From: Moniliella sp. 'wahieum'
Lineage: Eukaryota
Length of the DNA: 64,000 nt
NCBI GenBank assembly: GCA_003971905.1
Contig: RSEE01000041.1
Span: forward strand, 124,001 to 188,000
Direction of reading: 5' to 3'
Below the pieces are notes generated by a model. The model made no database searches, was not told the origin of the DNA, and saw only the letters and a list, made by a program, of their open reading frames with translations. How positions within the stretch are numbered: position 1 is the first letter of the stretch; each line of letters opens with the position of its first letter. Positions 12,024-25,355 of this stretch are shown piece after piece. The translations under genes and the position numbers were made by a program.

Positions 12024-14850
12024 ATGGCCGCCCCCCCAACGCCCCCCCGGCCACGTCCGCACCCCCCTCTGACCCCCTCGCCCTCACCCCCCTGCGCGCT
12101 CACTACTTGAAGAAGGAGCTCATCCGCCGCGCCATCTCGGCCGAGATCACCGCCCTCGCTCGCCCGACGCCCTCGCCCTCCTCGGCCCGCCCTTCCGTCC
12201 GCTCCGCCCACGCGCCTCCACCTACCACGAGAGACCTCCCCATCCTGCGCTTTGTCTTCCACCACTTCATCCTCACCTTCCCGTCCTCCGCCCCATGCCC
12301 CCACCCAGCTTCTACGCCGACAAGATCCAGTTGTTGCCGACCAGATGCTCGCCCGCAATCTGTCTTCCTCCCACGACCGCGAGGAGGATACGAAGCGCCA
12401 CCGTCTTGCATTGCGTCTGCAGCGCTACTTTCCCTCCTGCTCTCCTCGGCCATCGCTACCCAGCCGCCCGAGGAGGTGGTGCGTCTGTCTGCCGCCGACT
12501 CGCAGCGCCTGGCCGCGTCCGAGCTGCAGGCCGCCGACACAGCGGCGCGGGAGGGCCAGGCATTATTTGACGTGAACATTGTCGCTGTCCGTGTGGTTTC
12601 CGAAAGAGGAATTGTACCTCGCAAAAGGAGCCACGATCAATTCCTCGTCCGCACCCGCCGTGGCCTCACCCTCGACACGATTGAAGAGACCATTGTGGCG
12701 CGACGCTATGGTGACTTTGGTCGGCTGGCCGATACGTTGCGCACGCAGTTCCCGAGATTGATGTGCCCGTTCCGCCGAACAAGGATCGGAGCCAGACGCG
12801 CTACTACGATGACGAGGCCGATGCTGGTCCGGCAGGGCGGGGCGCTATGGAGGCCGGGGAACAAGAGATGACCAAACTGTCACGTGAAAAGAATCGGTTG
12901 ACGCTCCGAGCCTTTCTGCGTACCCTCCTATCCACCCTCAACTCGCCGATTCCGCCACGATGCGCGTCTTTCTTCTCGACAATCCGACCCAGCTGACGGC
13001 CGACGAGAAGCGTGACGCTGCCGCTCGGGAAGCGCTGGACCAATGCCGTCAAACCGAAGCCGCCCGCTTTGCCGCCGAGACGACGGCTCGGGTGGAGGCA
13101 CTTCAGTCCCACCTGGCTGCGTTTAAAGCAGACCTGGTACAGCCCGATGGTCTTGCGCGGTCTTTGCTACGATCAAGCGGATCCCCAAGATGCCCAGCTC
13201 CCGCCCTCCTACCGCGCCGTCATTGCCTGGGCGCGTATTTCGGCCGCCAGTACCCTGTTTCACATGTTCCGCGAAGGCGACCGATCGTCCGAGCTTCTGA
13301 CCCAGCTCAAGCATCTTCACTCCATGATGCCCTACCGCATGTTGCGCGGCATTCTCAAAATCTCCAACCCGGTCGCGATGATCCGTGCGGGGCTGGATCT
13401 GTTCCTAGCCCAGCCGTTTGGGCAAAAGTCGTTGATCCAGCGCATGTTTTTATCGGGCTTGAGCGAGGAGATTCGGGAACTGTACAATCCAAGAGGCGAT
13501 TGAGGACAAAATGCCGACCTAGACCTGGCCGAAGGGTGTACACGTACGTCGACCTTGAGCCTGCGGACCAAGAGCGGGTGCGGGCGCAGTCAGAGAAGCC
13601 AGGGTGGGACCTGATTACCGCCATTCTCCGTTCGCCGCTCTGTGGGCCTGCGCTGGCACGAGACCAGATTCATCGTTGTACCCTGGCTGCGGCATCTTAC
13701 TCACGGATATGCGCTACCGCGAGCATCTGGCCGCTCGAGGCCGTTTGGATGAAGATCCTGGACCGCCCGATGACTCGGCGTGGCTGTTTGAGGACCTTCA
13801 TGTACTGCTGCGTACCGCGATTCGATCGCGAGACAAGGAGCAGATGCTCGCCTTGCTCTCCGAGACCCTTACCGCGACCTTGCTTAAGGACGTAGTGACC
13901 ATCCTCTACACGCCCTTGGCGCAAGTGTACAAGGCGCCAACATTGCGGATCCTTGGGGACCTGCAAGTGTTCATCTCGGACCTCATCGCTACGGTGGAGG
14001 GGCTGGACCGGCACTATGCGTCTCTGCCCCGGGCGCGGTGGGGGCACAACATACGGTGCAGGTCTTATTGACCTGGTGGCGCGGCACGAGCAAGCGTTTT
14101 ATACGTTTGTGTACAATGTTCATTCGCGTGGGGCCGGGCTGTTTGATGGACTGATGGAATGGATCCAACGCTTCATCAATCTCGTCCGTGGTCCCGACGT
14201 GGTCACTTCGGACCAGGCCACCGACCAGCCTGGTACCGATCCTGCCCGAACCGGTGCACCCGTCCAATCGCGGCGGCGGACTGGGCACAATCTGGAAATC
14301 CTATTGCCCGTCGCGCCGGCTCAACGAGCGGTGCTGATGGCCGAGATGGACCAACTGGTGGACCATGCATACCGAACCAAGCTCGCAAGAGAAGCCAAGG
14401 TACGGAACAACTTGTGCGGCAAAAAGTGGCGTCGGAAGCAGAGCAACTGTTGTCCGGCCCTCAAGGAACTTCCCAAGACACGTGGAGCACGGTGGACGAT
14501 GCTCAGTTCTCAGAAGAGGTGATGAAGCACTTTGGGTTTGGTGGTGCGGTGCGGGACGAGGTGGTGGAAGCGACGTTGGATGGAGTGGCGGACTCCGAGT
14601 CGTCGACTCATCCGACGACGACTGGGACTGGGACGAGGACGAAGTGCCTCCTGCGCCAGGCCGACGATCGTAGATGCATGGGGGAACCACGTCGTGGCTG
14701 CGTCTGGCCCGCGACGCAAGAAGGAAGTGGCCAGGAGGGGGGACCCTGAACTACCCGAGTTGACAGCCATTCCCGAGCTGGTACCCATGTTTATTGAGCT
14801 GGTGCGTCCCTTGTCTACTGCTGTTGCGAACGACAACCAAGTACTAACTG
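12024..14850 (+). CDS. PXB-PX-DUF3818 protein (yeast YPR097W/Lec1-like); 3' end uncertain
   Basis: LTPLRAHYLKKELI (PX-associated N-terminus), VARRYGDFGRLADTLRTQFP (PX), LSREKNRLTLRAFLRTLL, HSMMPYRMLRGILKISNPVAMIRAGLDLFLAQPFGQKSLIQRM, LVARHEQAFYTFVYNVH and C-terminal PELTAIPELVPMF. Confidence 0.85.
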
Positions 14851-15646
14851 ACACGGACACCGATTCCCAATCTGCACAGCTGCGACCCATGCTGCGCAAC
14901 CCTGCCTTCCTCCTCTCCGCTCGTTCCCGTACTGGTACCGGTACTGGTACTGGTACACACTGGCGTCCCTCCCGCCCGAGGAGCCGGCACACGATCCGTG
15001 TCCACCCCCCAGTCACGACCTCTTTGACCTCTCAGACCTCGTCCACCTCGCCCGTCTCACCGGCGTCTTCCGCGACCTCCCCAACCTCCCCTTCTCAAGG
15101 ATGGGCCTCCTTCCTCGGCCTGGGCCGGGCCAGCTCGCCACCACCGCGTGTGCCCAGTCCACGACTGCGCGCCTCCCCGGCTCCCCTGGCCCAAGGGGCC
15201 GTGGCAACCTCCCACCGCGCCATGTCGGTCGGCCAAGCGACTAGTGCTTCGGCTGTGCCCCCACCGGTCCGCCCCAACCCCCACCCTCCTTCCTCGCCCG
15301 CCCGAGTCCATCTCACCCCACCCCTCCTTTGACTACCACGTTGCCCTTGGACGCCGCCCCTTCGTCCTCGTCCTCGTCGCCGTGTCAGCATCGGCATCGG
15401 CGTCGGTATCAGCTTCGGCATTGGCATCAGCGTCGGTCTCGGTCTCGCCATCCGTCTCGGCTTTGGCGTTGGCATCGGTCTCGTCCCCGTCACCGCCACC
15501 GCCACCGATCCGAGCTCCGCCGCCGCCGCCTCCGACCTATGCCCCCCCGCCGCTCCCGGGTCCGGCCGGCTGTGCCACCAAAGCTGTCGTACCAGCCGCG
15601 TGCGCGACAGGCCGGAGGAACTTAACCTTCTCCAACACTTAACTGA

Positions 15647-15724
15647 CTTTCCCGGTTGCCTTTCCCGGTTGTCTTTCCCGGTTGTCTTTCCCGGTTGTCT
15701 TTACCGATTGTCTTTACCGGTTGC
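15647..15724. repeat. 13-bp tandem repeat, about 6 copies of CTTTCCCGGTTGY
   Basis: Read directly. The last copies vary (CTTTACCGATTG, CTTTACCGGTTG). Confidence 0.9.
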
Positions 15725-16417
15725 CTAGTTCTTTCCCTTATCTTATGGACGGCGGTAGGGCGGATACGGTTGACGGAAGCGCAGCGCAATACGGACGCGC
15801 TCAGAGGCAAGTGAACAGTGGCAAGCCAAGCGGCACGCCTGTCGTGTGGATCGGGTCAATACTTGGTACAAATTCTTCCAACTCACGCCTTCACGTTCCA
15901 GGTGTCTAGTGTATACATGTAGGTAGGCAGGTGGGAGGGGAGGGGAGAGGAGGGGAAGGGTTGGGAGGGAAGGGAATCGACTAGCATCTGCACCAATCAA
16001 TATCCAATCCGCCTTGCTCGAGGGCTGCGCAAGACGAAGTGGGGCTGGAGTCGGAACAGTAGTGAGGAGCGAGGAGTGAGCCTCACCGCACGGGCAAGCC
16101 AGCACGGCCACGCGGCACCTGGGCAAGGCGAACGGGGCCTCACACCGATCTCACCTCAAGCGTCAAACTTCGCTTCAAGCTTCAAGGCAGAGCCTCAGCT
16201 GGACGAACAGGTAGCTGCCTTTACGCCATACCGCGCATCGGTCCCATCCGGCCGGGCCGAGCCTGGGCGGGTGTTGCACCCCGATACGGCCAGAGAGGAG
16301 AGAGGAGGAAAGGAGGAAGGGGAGGAAGGTAGACCGTACCCAACGTCCACGTGCACCGCGGACAAGAGGACGTGGGTCGGAATCTCATGCAGCCTGTCGC
16401 GTCCCTAGGCCATGGTC

Positions 16418-16522
16418 CCCTAGTTCCCTAGTTCCCTAGTTCCCTAGTTCCCTAGTTCCCTAGTTCCCTAGTTCCCTAGTTCCCTAGTTCCCTAGTTCCC
16501 TAGTTCCCTAGTTTCCCTAGTT
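16418..16522. repeat. 8-bp tandem repeat (CCCTAGTT)n, 12 perfect copies plus one offset copy
   Basis: Read directly. The array degenerates into CCCCTGTT/CCCTTGT at the right end. Confidence 0.97.
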
Positions 16523-16588
16523 CCCCTGTTCCCTTGTCCTGGTTGCCTGGTTGTCTGGCCGGGTCAGCGAAACGTGTACAACGCCGGA

Positions 16589-19369
16589 TCAAACACATCG
16601 ACCATTTCGCGGGGGACGGAGGAATCCCAGAGCGCCGTATCGCGATTTCAAGCTCTGGCGAATCAGGGCCTGGATGTCCGAGTCGAGGGCCAACGTGTCC
16701 TGCTGCGCCGGGGGAGGGGGGAAGGAGCTAGAGGGAGGTCGGGGCGGGTGAGAGAGGGGCGAGAGAGAAGTACGGCCGCGCTGGTTCGCAGTCGAAGTGG
16801 AAGTGGAGGTGGAAGTGGAATTGGAATTGGAATTGGGATTGGAAGTGGACGTGGACGTGGAAGGTGGCGGTGGGGGCGAGGCAGGGGAAGGAGGGTCGTT
16901 GGGCATAGGATCCACGAGAGCAACTCGGCGTACATTGTGTTAGCCATCATGGTGTTGGGTGGAGCTGTCCAGTCGTCCGTTTCCCCCCCGCCTTGGGCAG
17001 AGGAAGGCAAGGTGGCATCAGCAGCGGTTTCCGAGGTGGTCCGATGCAAACCAGACGGTGCGTCCGAGGTGGACGGTTCTTTGTTCTGGCTCGACTCCAT
17101 CCCTCCGGCGCGAAAAGGGACGGAGAGCCAGTTCGCCGCCAAACCCAAGAGGGGACGTGGCCTTGTGGTGCGCATGGTTGGTCGTGGGGGACGTTTGCGC
17201 TTGGATCCTGGCGGTTGGGGCGTAGGCGGCGGATTGGGAGCCGTCGGGCTGGCAGCATGGACCCCTGACTCGGAGAGGGACCGTGGTGGGTTAGGGATTG
17301 GTGGGCCCAAGTCAACGGGCAACTGAGCTGCGACTTCTTCGAGTGCGCGTTTGTGCTTTTCCGCAATGGGCCAGGTAATCGCCATCTCAGCGAGCCAGGT
17401 GAGGCAGCGTCGAACCCCATGCTTGCACTCGTGCACCATCACGGGCAAGAGCGAGTCGTGCGTCGAATACGGCAACAGGACCGACGCCGCAGTGAAGATG
17501 GCCAACGCATTGTTGCCCGCAATAAACCGCAGACCGGAATCGGCAATCGTCTCAAACAGCTGCACGATGGCCGAGGCCGAAGCAAGGCACGCCGTGGCGG
17601 CGACAGCCGAGATGGTATGAGGAATGCCAGCCGCTGCCGCTGCCGAGGCGGGCAACTCCTTCATCAGAATAAACGGACGAAAGTTGATAATCTTGCACAG
17701 ATGGAACCAGATCACGAGACACACGCCTGGCACTGCTGGTCGCCCATCGCGCGAAAGGCGGAACCGTTCGGGCCAGGACGAAGCTACCTCATTCAACTTT
17801 TGGTCCAGTTCGATGCACCGCGCCCACGATGCCACCTGCATCTCCGTTCCCCCGTGCTGGGGGGCGTGGGGCTGCTGCTGGTCGAAGGGGAAGAAAGGAG
17901 GGCGCTGGTGGCTTGCTGGGTCGCCATCTGGTTCAGCAGAATGAGCTCCAGGACCTGGTAAATGCGAGCGGTAAGATTGAGGCTGCTGGCCGCATGCAAC
18001 GGTCCGAGGGTTTGGGAGCGCGATGAGTCAGGCATGAGGACCGAAGAAGAAACAGGGGTTCAAACTCGTCCGACTCGATCTCTGACACGGGAGGGGCTTG
18101 GATCAGATCGTTGCGGAACAGGGGGGACGGTCAGTCTCGGCACACAAGACCTTCTCCAAGCAAAAGCAGCACCACAGTGCACGAAGCTGGGCTTGACGAA
18201 GAGAAGGACCGGGCTCGCCCTTGTTCGATGCCGGGGGTTGGGCACGGTAAAGACCCATGTCAACTGCCAGTTGACTGGCCGAGGAGCTAAAACGCCAGGC
18301 GCGGCGTAGGTCGCCCGCACCATAGAAACGGATCGAATGGAGCAAGAGGGCCTGCAGGACCGTAATGGGAGGCCGGGCACCGCCAGAGACGACAAGGTTT
18401 GCTGCGCCGAGTGCTCCGAGAGGCGAGCATAACACGATCCTGGGGCTTTCCTGGCGCTTGCGGCAAGGTAGCGCCGAGGCAGCGCCCGAGAAGAGCGGCT
18501 CCGGCACGTCCCGCTCCAAGTCTTGTTCGGGAATGAGCGAGATGGCGGGCCAGTAGAGAAATGACCAGTGGGAGTGCATTGTGGCGGCGGGTATATGTCA
18601 AAGTAGTGGCCAACAACCTTGGAAGAGAGCTTGTGGGGGTCAGGGCGGTTAGGCCGAGGGATGAGAGACGCATCCGCGGGTGCGCGTAGCCGCGGAAGCT
18701 ACCGACACGGGCTCGGTGGGAGACGAAGTGGAGCGCTGATCGTCCTCCTCGTCTGTGGTGTTGGGGAGCGAGGCCTCTGCGAGGTACTGGCTCTTCTCGC
18801 GGCTGCGCTCGTAGAGGTGTTGGCGTATGCGGCTGGCCTCGGCCATGGCAACGCTCACGGCCGACGTGGAGGGCGGAGAGCCAGGGTCGGGCGGAGAGTG
18901 CGGTGCGGGCGGGAGCGCGTCGTCGGCTGGAGCGGAGCGGGCAATGGTGTGGGCGCGCGGGCGCTTGGCAGGGCGCGGGCCGGGGCGGGTGTCGGAGGGG
19001 CCGGGCAGCCCGCCGAACTCGGCGCGCGGGATGGGCGCATCGGGGAGAGGCTCTGGGCGGTGGGACGCGCCCAGGCAGCGGAGGGTTCGGTGGCCGCAGC
19101 GGCGGCGGCAGCTTCAGCAGCAGCAGCAGCCGCGGCTCGCTCGGCGACCACCTTGGCGGTGGGGCGGCCGCGGCGGCGGCGCCCGAGTCGACGTAGAGGC
19201 ATTCGATTTGGCCGGCCTTGTTGCAGGGGGAGCAGCAGGGATAGAGGGCGCGCACTTCTTTTGATGCTGGCGCAGCGCACACACGCCTTGGCCGGCGCGG
19301 GGCGGGGCGGGTTTGGGGTCGGCGGGGGGCAGGGCCGGCGGAGGGGGCGCTGGCGGAGGGCGCCTCCAT
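16589..19369 (-). CDS. Zn(II)2Cys6 transcription factor with fungal-specific TF domain (frameshifted)
   Basis: KACVRC...KC..LYPCCSPCNKAGQIECLY cluster split across frames. HSHWSFLYWP, AWRFSSSASQLAVDMGLYR, LRALWCCFCLEKVLCAETDRPP, IWFHLCKIINFRPF, CLTWLAEMAITWPIA. Confidence 0.85.
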
Positions 19370-20614
19370 GGAGGCGAGGGGGCAGGCGGGGGGGGGGCAG
19401 AGAGGAGGAGGAGGCGGGGAGGAGGAGCGGAGGAGGAGGAGGAGGCGGACGCGGCAAGAGGCGAAGGCGCTGTGGAGGGTGGAGGCGTTGGCTTGAAATT
19501 GAAGGTTCTGCGCCTGCTATCGGTATTGAGTACGAGTCTCAGGCCTCATTAATCAAACCGGCCTGGCTGCCGCTGGGCGACGCTGGCTGCCTGCGCCCCC
19601 CTGCCGCCCCCGCCACTGGCCCCGTGCTGGCGGTGCGCGTGGCACGGGGGCAGCTGGCCCTGCTCGTTTCAAATTGCACGCGTGGCGGCGGGCAGCCCAG
19701 CGCTGTTGCATGCCACATGTCACACTCGCCAGCCAGATCCCAACAGATAGGAGCAACGCAGCAGAAGAACTGCGCCCCAGCGTGTCGCTTCCCTGCCTCC
19801 CTAGCCACTAGTCATTTCATTAATCACTGGCCTCAGCCACACCAACCCCTAGCACTACCTCTCCCCCCGCCCTCCCCCAGACGAAGATATATCCCTGGCC
19901 AGCCGCGTCAACTACCGTGCAAGTGACTCAAACTCAGCGTTCAAGTTCAACTCAAACAACACTCTTCTTCAACTTGGAGGTTTTGAGCACCTTGAGTATT
20001 ACTCAGTACGTCCACTACACACTGTCCCAGCCTGTCCCCCACTCCCGACAGTCCCGACTCTCCCTAGCACGCCTCGCCCCAAGAGAAGCCCTGAGAAGCC
20101 CCGCCCCCCCACCGCTGCGTCATGCATCGTACGTCACATGTCACGGGTCTTCCACATGCATCACCCTCCATCCTCATCCATCAGTCAGCAGCTGCGCCTG
20201 TGCCGATTGCATGTCGCTCGGTATCAGCATCACATACTTGCCACACAGCAGCGAGGTGTCTTTCGTTGCTGTGTCCTCGCTGCAATCCTTTCATTCTCTC
20301 TCCTTTTTTGTGCAGCAAGCGCAACAGCCACACATCCCAGGGCCCTCCTGGTGCCACGAGCGAGAGACGAAGGATATACGTCTCGTCTACTTGGCGTCAC
20401 GTTACAGCGACACAGGCCCCACTCACTGAGAGCAAAAGCGACCGTACCACCTCGAATACAACAGCATCAGTCAGGGAGAATATATAAACGCAGCTTCAAC
20501 CACAATCCTGTGCACTGTTGGTGGCCCTTCCAACAGAGCCGAGTACCAAGTACACCTCTCTCTTTCCCACCCCCACACACATACACCTTCTCTTCTCGCC
20601 AGCAGAGTATCATT

Positions 20615-23048
20615 ATGGCCACCTACCAACCCCGCGCTCCACTGGACTCCTACGATGAAGGATCCTACGATGCCTATACCTCCCAGCACGTTCTCTACCG
20701 TGACAGTCACCTACCGAATTGGGCAGCCACGGTGCCTCTTCCATCTACTCAGCCTCCAGCGCGGGCCCCGACGACGCTGTGCATCCACCCGCAATCGCAC
20801 TGGGTGGTCCAACACAGAAGCAGACAAAGATGTCGGTCCGGCACCATTGGTCAGGGCAGGGGCTAACTACCCTCCCGGAATGCTGGTATCGCGCCCCCGC
20901 CGGTCGGAGGGGTGGGGCGGGCTGGGTGACCCAGGCACTGGTATGCGGCTGCCCCTGGAGCGCCAGGCGTGAAGCGATGCAAATGCCAACGCCAATGACG
21001 TTTTCTCCAAGCGCTACTGTGGCCGCAGCCTCCGTGGGTGGGCGAAACCGCGTCATCCTCGGCAGCTGTTACAACCTCACGAGGTGGCGTTTTGAAGGAT
21101 CCCTCGACCGAACTTTCGGGGCTCTACTACACCGACATGGATGATCTGGACGATGAGCTGCATCGGTTTGGGCCGACGACTTTACTCACCAGAACAAGAA
21201 TGGTGGTGGACTCAGTACACGCGGGGTACTGAATATGACCACGTTGGTGGTGCTCATCCTTGCGTTACTAATGTTGTTTGCCGGGTATCCCATCTTGACC
21301 GCCGTGCGAGACAACACGACCACCTTGGTGGTTAGGACCCGGGGGTACCAATGGATCGGGCCAATCGTCCAGCATCCCGGGTGTTCGCACTACTCTCATT
21401 GACCCGGACACGCCCCAGGATGCATACACGCGCCCGTCGGGCGTTGACCAGAGTACAATGCACCTCGTCTTTTCCGACGAGTTTGAAACGCCCGGCCGGA
21501 GCTTTTACCCTGGCGACGAGTAAGTACTTTTGGGTAGAATTGCAGTGCCCTCGTTGTTCTCTTTGTCCATGATGGAGAATGCTGACCTCTCTCGACTCGG
21601 CAGCCCCTTTTGGGAGCCGTCGATCTGCACTAACTGGGCCCAACAACTACGAGTTGGTATGACCCGGCAGCTGTGACGACTGCCAATGGTGCGCTTCGAA
21701 TCACCATCAGCCGGCATCCCGACACAACCTCACTTCCTGGTGGGATGTCCAGTCGTGGAACAAGTTTTGCTTTACGGGAGGGGTACTGGTTGCTAGTGTG
21801 CGTCTCCCTGGCAAAGCCAAGGCCTCGGGCCTGTGGCCTGCCCATTTGGCTGATGGGCAACCTGGGTCGGGGAGGGTATGGCGCGACGTTGGAAGGTACC
21901 TGGCCGTACAGCTACGATGCGTGCGATATAGGCACTTTGCCCAACCAGCCAACCCGGTAACCAATGACCCCGACACATCCGCTTTGGGAAACTGTCCTTT
22001 AACCAAAAGCACAGCAGCAAGTCTCTCTCTTTTCTCCCCGGGACAACGCTTGTCGGCCTGCACCTGCCCTGGAGACGATCATCCGGGCCGCAGTTCCCCA
22101 ATGGTTCCTACCCTGGCAGGATGGCTCCGAGATTGATCTGTTTGAGGCCCAAGTCAACCAGCAAGAAGGGATGACGGTCTCTCAAAGCTGCCAGTTTGCC
22201 CCGTACAAGTACGTCCTTTCTCCTTTTCCATATCTGATCCACCCGCATTTTTACAAAACTGCTAGAAACTGCTAGTAGTGTAGTGCGTGCACTTTCCCAA
22301 TGGGATTGACGCTGACATATCTGTTTGCTCTGGCAGTGCCTACTACCGGCCGACCGCGAAACCCATGCTGTTGGACAACCGCACCATTGTCAACAGCTAC
22401 ACGGGCGAGCTAACGCAACAGAGTATGTCGGGGGTGACTCCCACAGACCAGCAGGGTATGCAGTACCTGCCAGATAATTCTACTGGTACCTTTACTGAGT
22501 ATGCGGTGGAGTACCAACCGGGCCAAGGGGGTCATGTGCAATGGTGGGCCAGTGGTACGCCCGCCTGGCGACTAACAGCGGACGAACTGGCTGCCGACCC
22601 CGTTTCTAAAATCTCTTCTCGTCCCGTGCCGCCGGAACCGCTGTACATCCTAGCCAACGTGGGCATCTCGCAAAACTTTGGCACACCCTCCTGGAACAAA
22701 CTCATTTGGCCCTCGTCGATGGAACTGGATTGGATCCGAGTGTACCAGCCTGCAGGCAAGACCAACGTGGGCTGCGACCCGCCCGATTATCCCACTGCTG
22801 CCTACATTTCCCGACACCTAGAGGCGTATACCAATCCCAACTATACAGTGTGGGGCGAAGGAGGTTATGGGGCGGATTGGCCGCGCAACCGTTTAAACCC
22901 AGATGGGTGCAATGCCGTTCCTGCCAAAACTGCTGGCAGCCCGTCCAAGCCGATCCCCAAGGCGAAAATTTACCCTTCCAACGTCATCGGCAACGGACAA
23001 CAACAGTGCCAGATCAACTCGTGGAACAAGGGGCAACAGCAGAACTGA
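20615..23048 (+). CDS. Beta-1,6-glucan synthesis-associated KRE6/SKN1-like GH16 membrane protein
   Basis: TM segment LVVLILALLMLFAGYPIL, LVFSDEF, GLWPA.WLMGNLGRGGYGATLEGTWPYSYDACDIGTLPNQ, PGQRLSACTCPGDDHPG, catalytic APEIDLFEAQV (near 22125) and NVGCDPPDYPT..YI..HLEAYTNPN. Confidence 0.93.
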
Positions 23049-23316
23049 TCAGCCCGCTTTCCTGTTTGCGTACAGGCCCATTTCTCTGAATACCTCTTTC
23101 CCTCTTACCTGCACATGCATGCTCTCTTTACAGAGGTCCCACAGCCTAAGCACTCAATGCTGGAGGAGAATGAAGGATGTGTTTCTGAGGAGAGGTAAGT
23201 ACAGGAAGGTATGAGAAGAGTACGGATATAGCCGAGGGTCCGGGAGCAGAGAGACGTCCCGGCAGTTAGATAATAAATGCATCTCCTGACCAAAAATGTG
23301 AAAGGTTAGTACGATC

Positions 23317-23400
23317 GGGCGGATAGCTCAGTTGGTAGAGCGCACGCTTCGCATTTCCGTTGCTTGTGTGAGGTCTGGGGTTCGATTCCCTATTCGTCCA
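23317..23400 (+). tRNA. tRNA-Ala(CGC) with about 11-nt intron (23354-23364)
   Basis: Acceptor stem GGGCGGA/TTCGTCC with G3:U70, D arm GCTCAGTTGGTAGAGC, anticodon stem CACGC/GTGTG, T arm GGTTCGATTCC and a downstream T6 Pol III terminator. Confidence 0.93.
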
Positions 23401-23781
23401 ACTTTTTAATATTTTGTCGTATCCCGGATTGGTGACAGCGTCCCACGCTTTCGTACTGCCCCAAGCACTGCTGCCCTTGATACCGTTTGCTCAACAAGAT
23501 CGGGAGGATCGACCTGAAGAGACAGACAAAACCCATAGAAGTATTATACCTCATCCTGGTCCCAACATAAGGCCTTGAGGCGTTCTTTTTTCCCTTTACA
23601 AGTTGGCAATGATAATTGTACGAGAGCCCGGTAGGCGTAGGGGAGTTGTGTACGGGTTTGCGGCTACCCGTTTCCATGATACTCGCTCAGCGAGCGCTGA
23701 ACTTCCAAAAACTGTGGGCCTGCTGATTGCGAGTCGCGTTTTTGAGAAAGGATTGACTGGCTCGTACAGATTACGTCAAAA

Positions 23782-23887
23782 GCACTCGTGATCAAGTGGT
23801 TAAGATGCAACTTTCCCATGCCTAGTGGGGTTCCATCACGAGGAGCTAACATAAGTTGTTGCCCGGGTTCGAATCCCGGCGAGTGCA
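23782..23887 (+). tRNA. tRNA-Gly(CCC) with about 34-nt intron (23819-23852)
   Basis: Acceptor GCACTCG/CGAGTGC, anticodon stem CAACT/AGTTG around TT-CCC-A, T arm CCGGGTTCGAATCCCGG and a following T-run. Confidence 0.88.
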
Positions 23888-24323
23888 CATTTTTTCGCTC
23901 AAAGTGAACCCTGTCGTTTTAATTTTACGGGTTGCACGGTAAAACGGCAAGTATAGCCCCAGTTTGCGCCAGCTCCTGCACTATCAGTCCCCCTCCCTTT
24001 TGTTATCTTCCAGCTCTCTCGAGCTTCCGCTAGAGCAATCGCAGTCGTCGGTACCAGGAGGTTGTTCCTGGCAGCTCGGATCTCTTTTTACCGACGGTGC
24101 TTACGGGCCCACAGATCCCTCCGCCAGTTGCCAAAGCACCCGTGTCGGCAACTGAAATGTCTCGTTTTGCGGAAGAGCGGAGGCGGAATTGGCGCTGGAA
24201 GGCACAATGAGATCATTTGGCGCGCGCGGCTGGCGCACCGCATTCGGGGCGAACCGCGTACGGAGCGAAATGTACAAGCCCATGTTCCAGTCCAGGTAGC
24301 CCCCCTTCCCACCACCTTTCCCC

Positions 24324-25355
24324 ATGGCCCGCAGCAAGCCCAGCCGCGCGTCGAAGGCAAGTGCGCCCGAGTCGAGCGCACCCTTCCCAAAGCAAGTAAG
24401 AAGAGCAAAGGCACTTGCTCGTGCACGAGCTGGGGCCTGCCTTCCTCGCTTTCTTGGGCGCGTTCGTCTTCGTTGCCATTCCATGGCTGGAACGCATCAA
24501 GGTATGTACCAGCGGCCCCTTCTCTCCGCTGTCACGCCCATGACCCTGATGCTAATACTGATACTGATGTACGCGAGCAGTCAAACCACTACGTGTTTGA
24601 CCACGAGGCCATTTACGCCATGACCAGCCGTGCCGTCAAGGAGCACGGCAACTCAACTGAGGCCATCTTTGACGCCATCATCACCGAGCTGCGTGCCGAC
24701 CCCAAGATTGGGCCCACGCTCAACAAAAATTCTTGGCGCCAGGAAGAGGAGTGGGTGTTCAACAATGCTGGCGGCGCAATGGGGTCGATGTTCATTATCC
24801 ACGCCAGCGTGACTGAGGTACGTCGATCGTCGATCGCCCATCTTTTGTTCTGCAACTCACATTTTCCTTCCCCCTTTCAGTACTTGATCTTCTTTGGAAC
24901 GCCGATCGGAACCGAGGGCCACACTGGTCGCCACACTGTACGTCCCTTCCCCAAATTTGGCAAGTGAAGCACACTAACTTGTTTCCGTCTCGCGCGCGCC
25001 AGGCTGATGATTACTTCAACATTCTCTGGGGTGAACAACGGGCCTACAAGGCTGGCGCGATCGAACCGGAGGTGTATCCCGCTGGATCTGTACACCACCT
25101 CCAGCGCGGCCAAGTCAACAGTACATGATGCCCGAGAGTGGCTGCTGGGCTTTGGAGTTGGCCCAGGGCTGGATCCCGCCCATGCTGCCATTTGGTTTTG
25201 CAGACGTGATCTCCTCTACGCTGGACTTCCCCTCTTTCTACTACACGGCTGTCATCACGGCCCGCGAGATGATTGGCAACTTGCTCCAGGGTACGTCATG
25301 CGCCTCGTTCTTTATCTGGTGCTTAGAATGCTGACCGATCGTAGGCAAATTCTGA
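24324..25355 (+). CDS. ERG2: C-8 sterol isomerase (sigma-1 receptor family), multi-intron
   Basis: [76 protein letters not shown] and [16 protein letters not shown], with GT...AG introns. Confidence 0.96.

Noticed and set aside
15330..15335. TGA-CTA readthrough context at the end of ORF 14532-15332
   Set aside because: The extension ends in LPVA with no PTS1, and the frame is unreliable in this error-prone low-complexity stretch.
14889..15642. Ser/Pro-rich ORF after the PX gene
   Set aside because: It could be a C-terminal extension, a separate gene or UTR. No domain evidence.
16418..16522. CRISPR-like array
   Set aside because: It is a pure tandem repeat without spacers, in a eukaryotic context.
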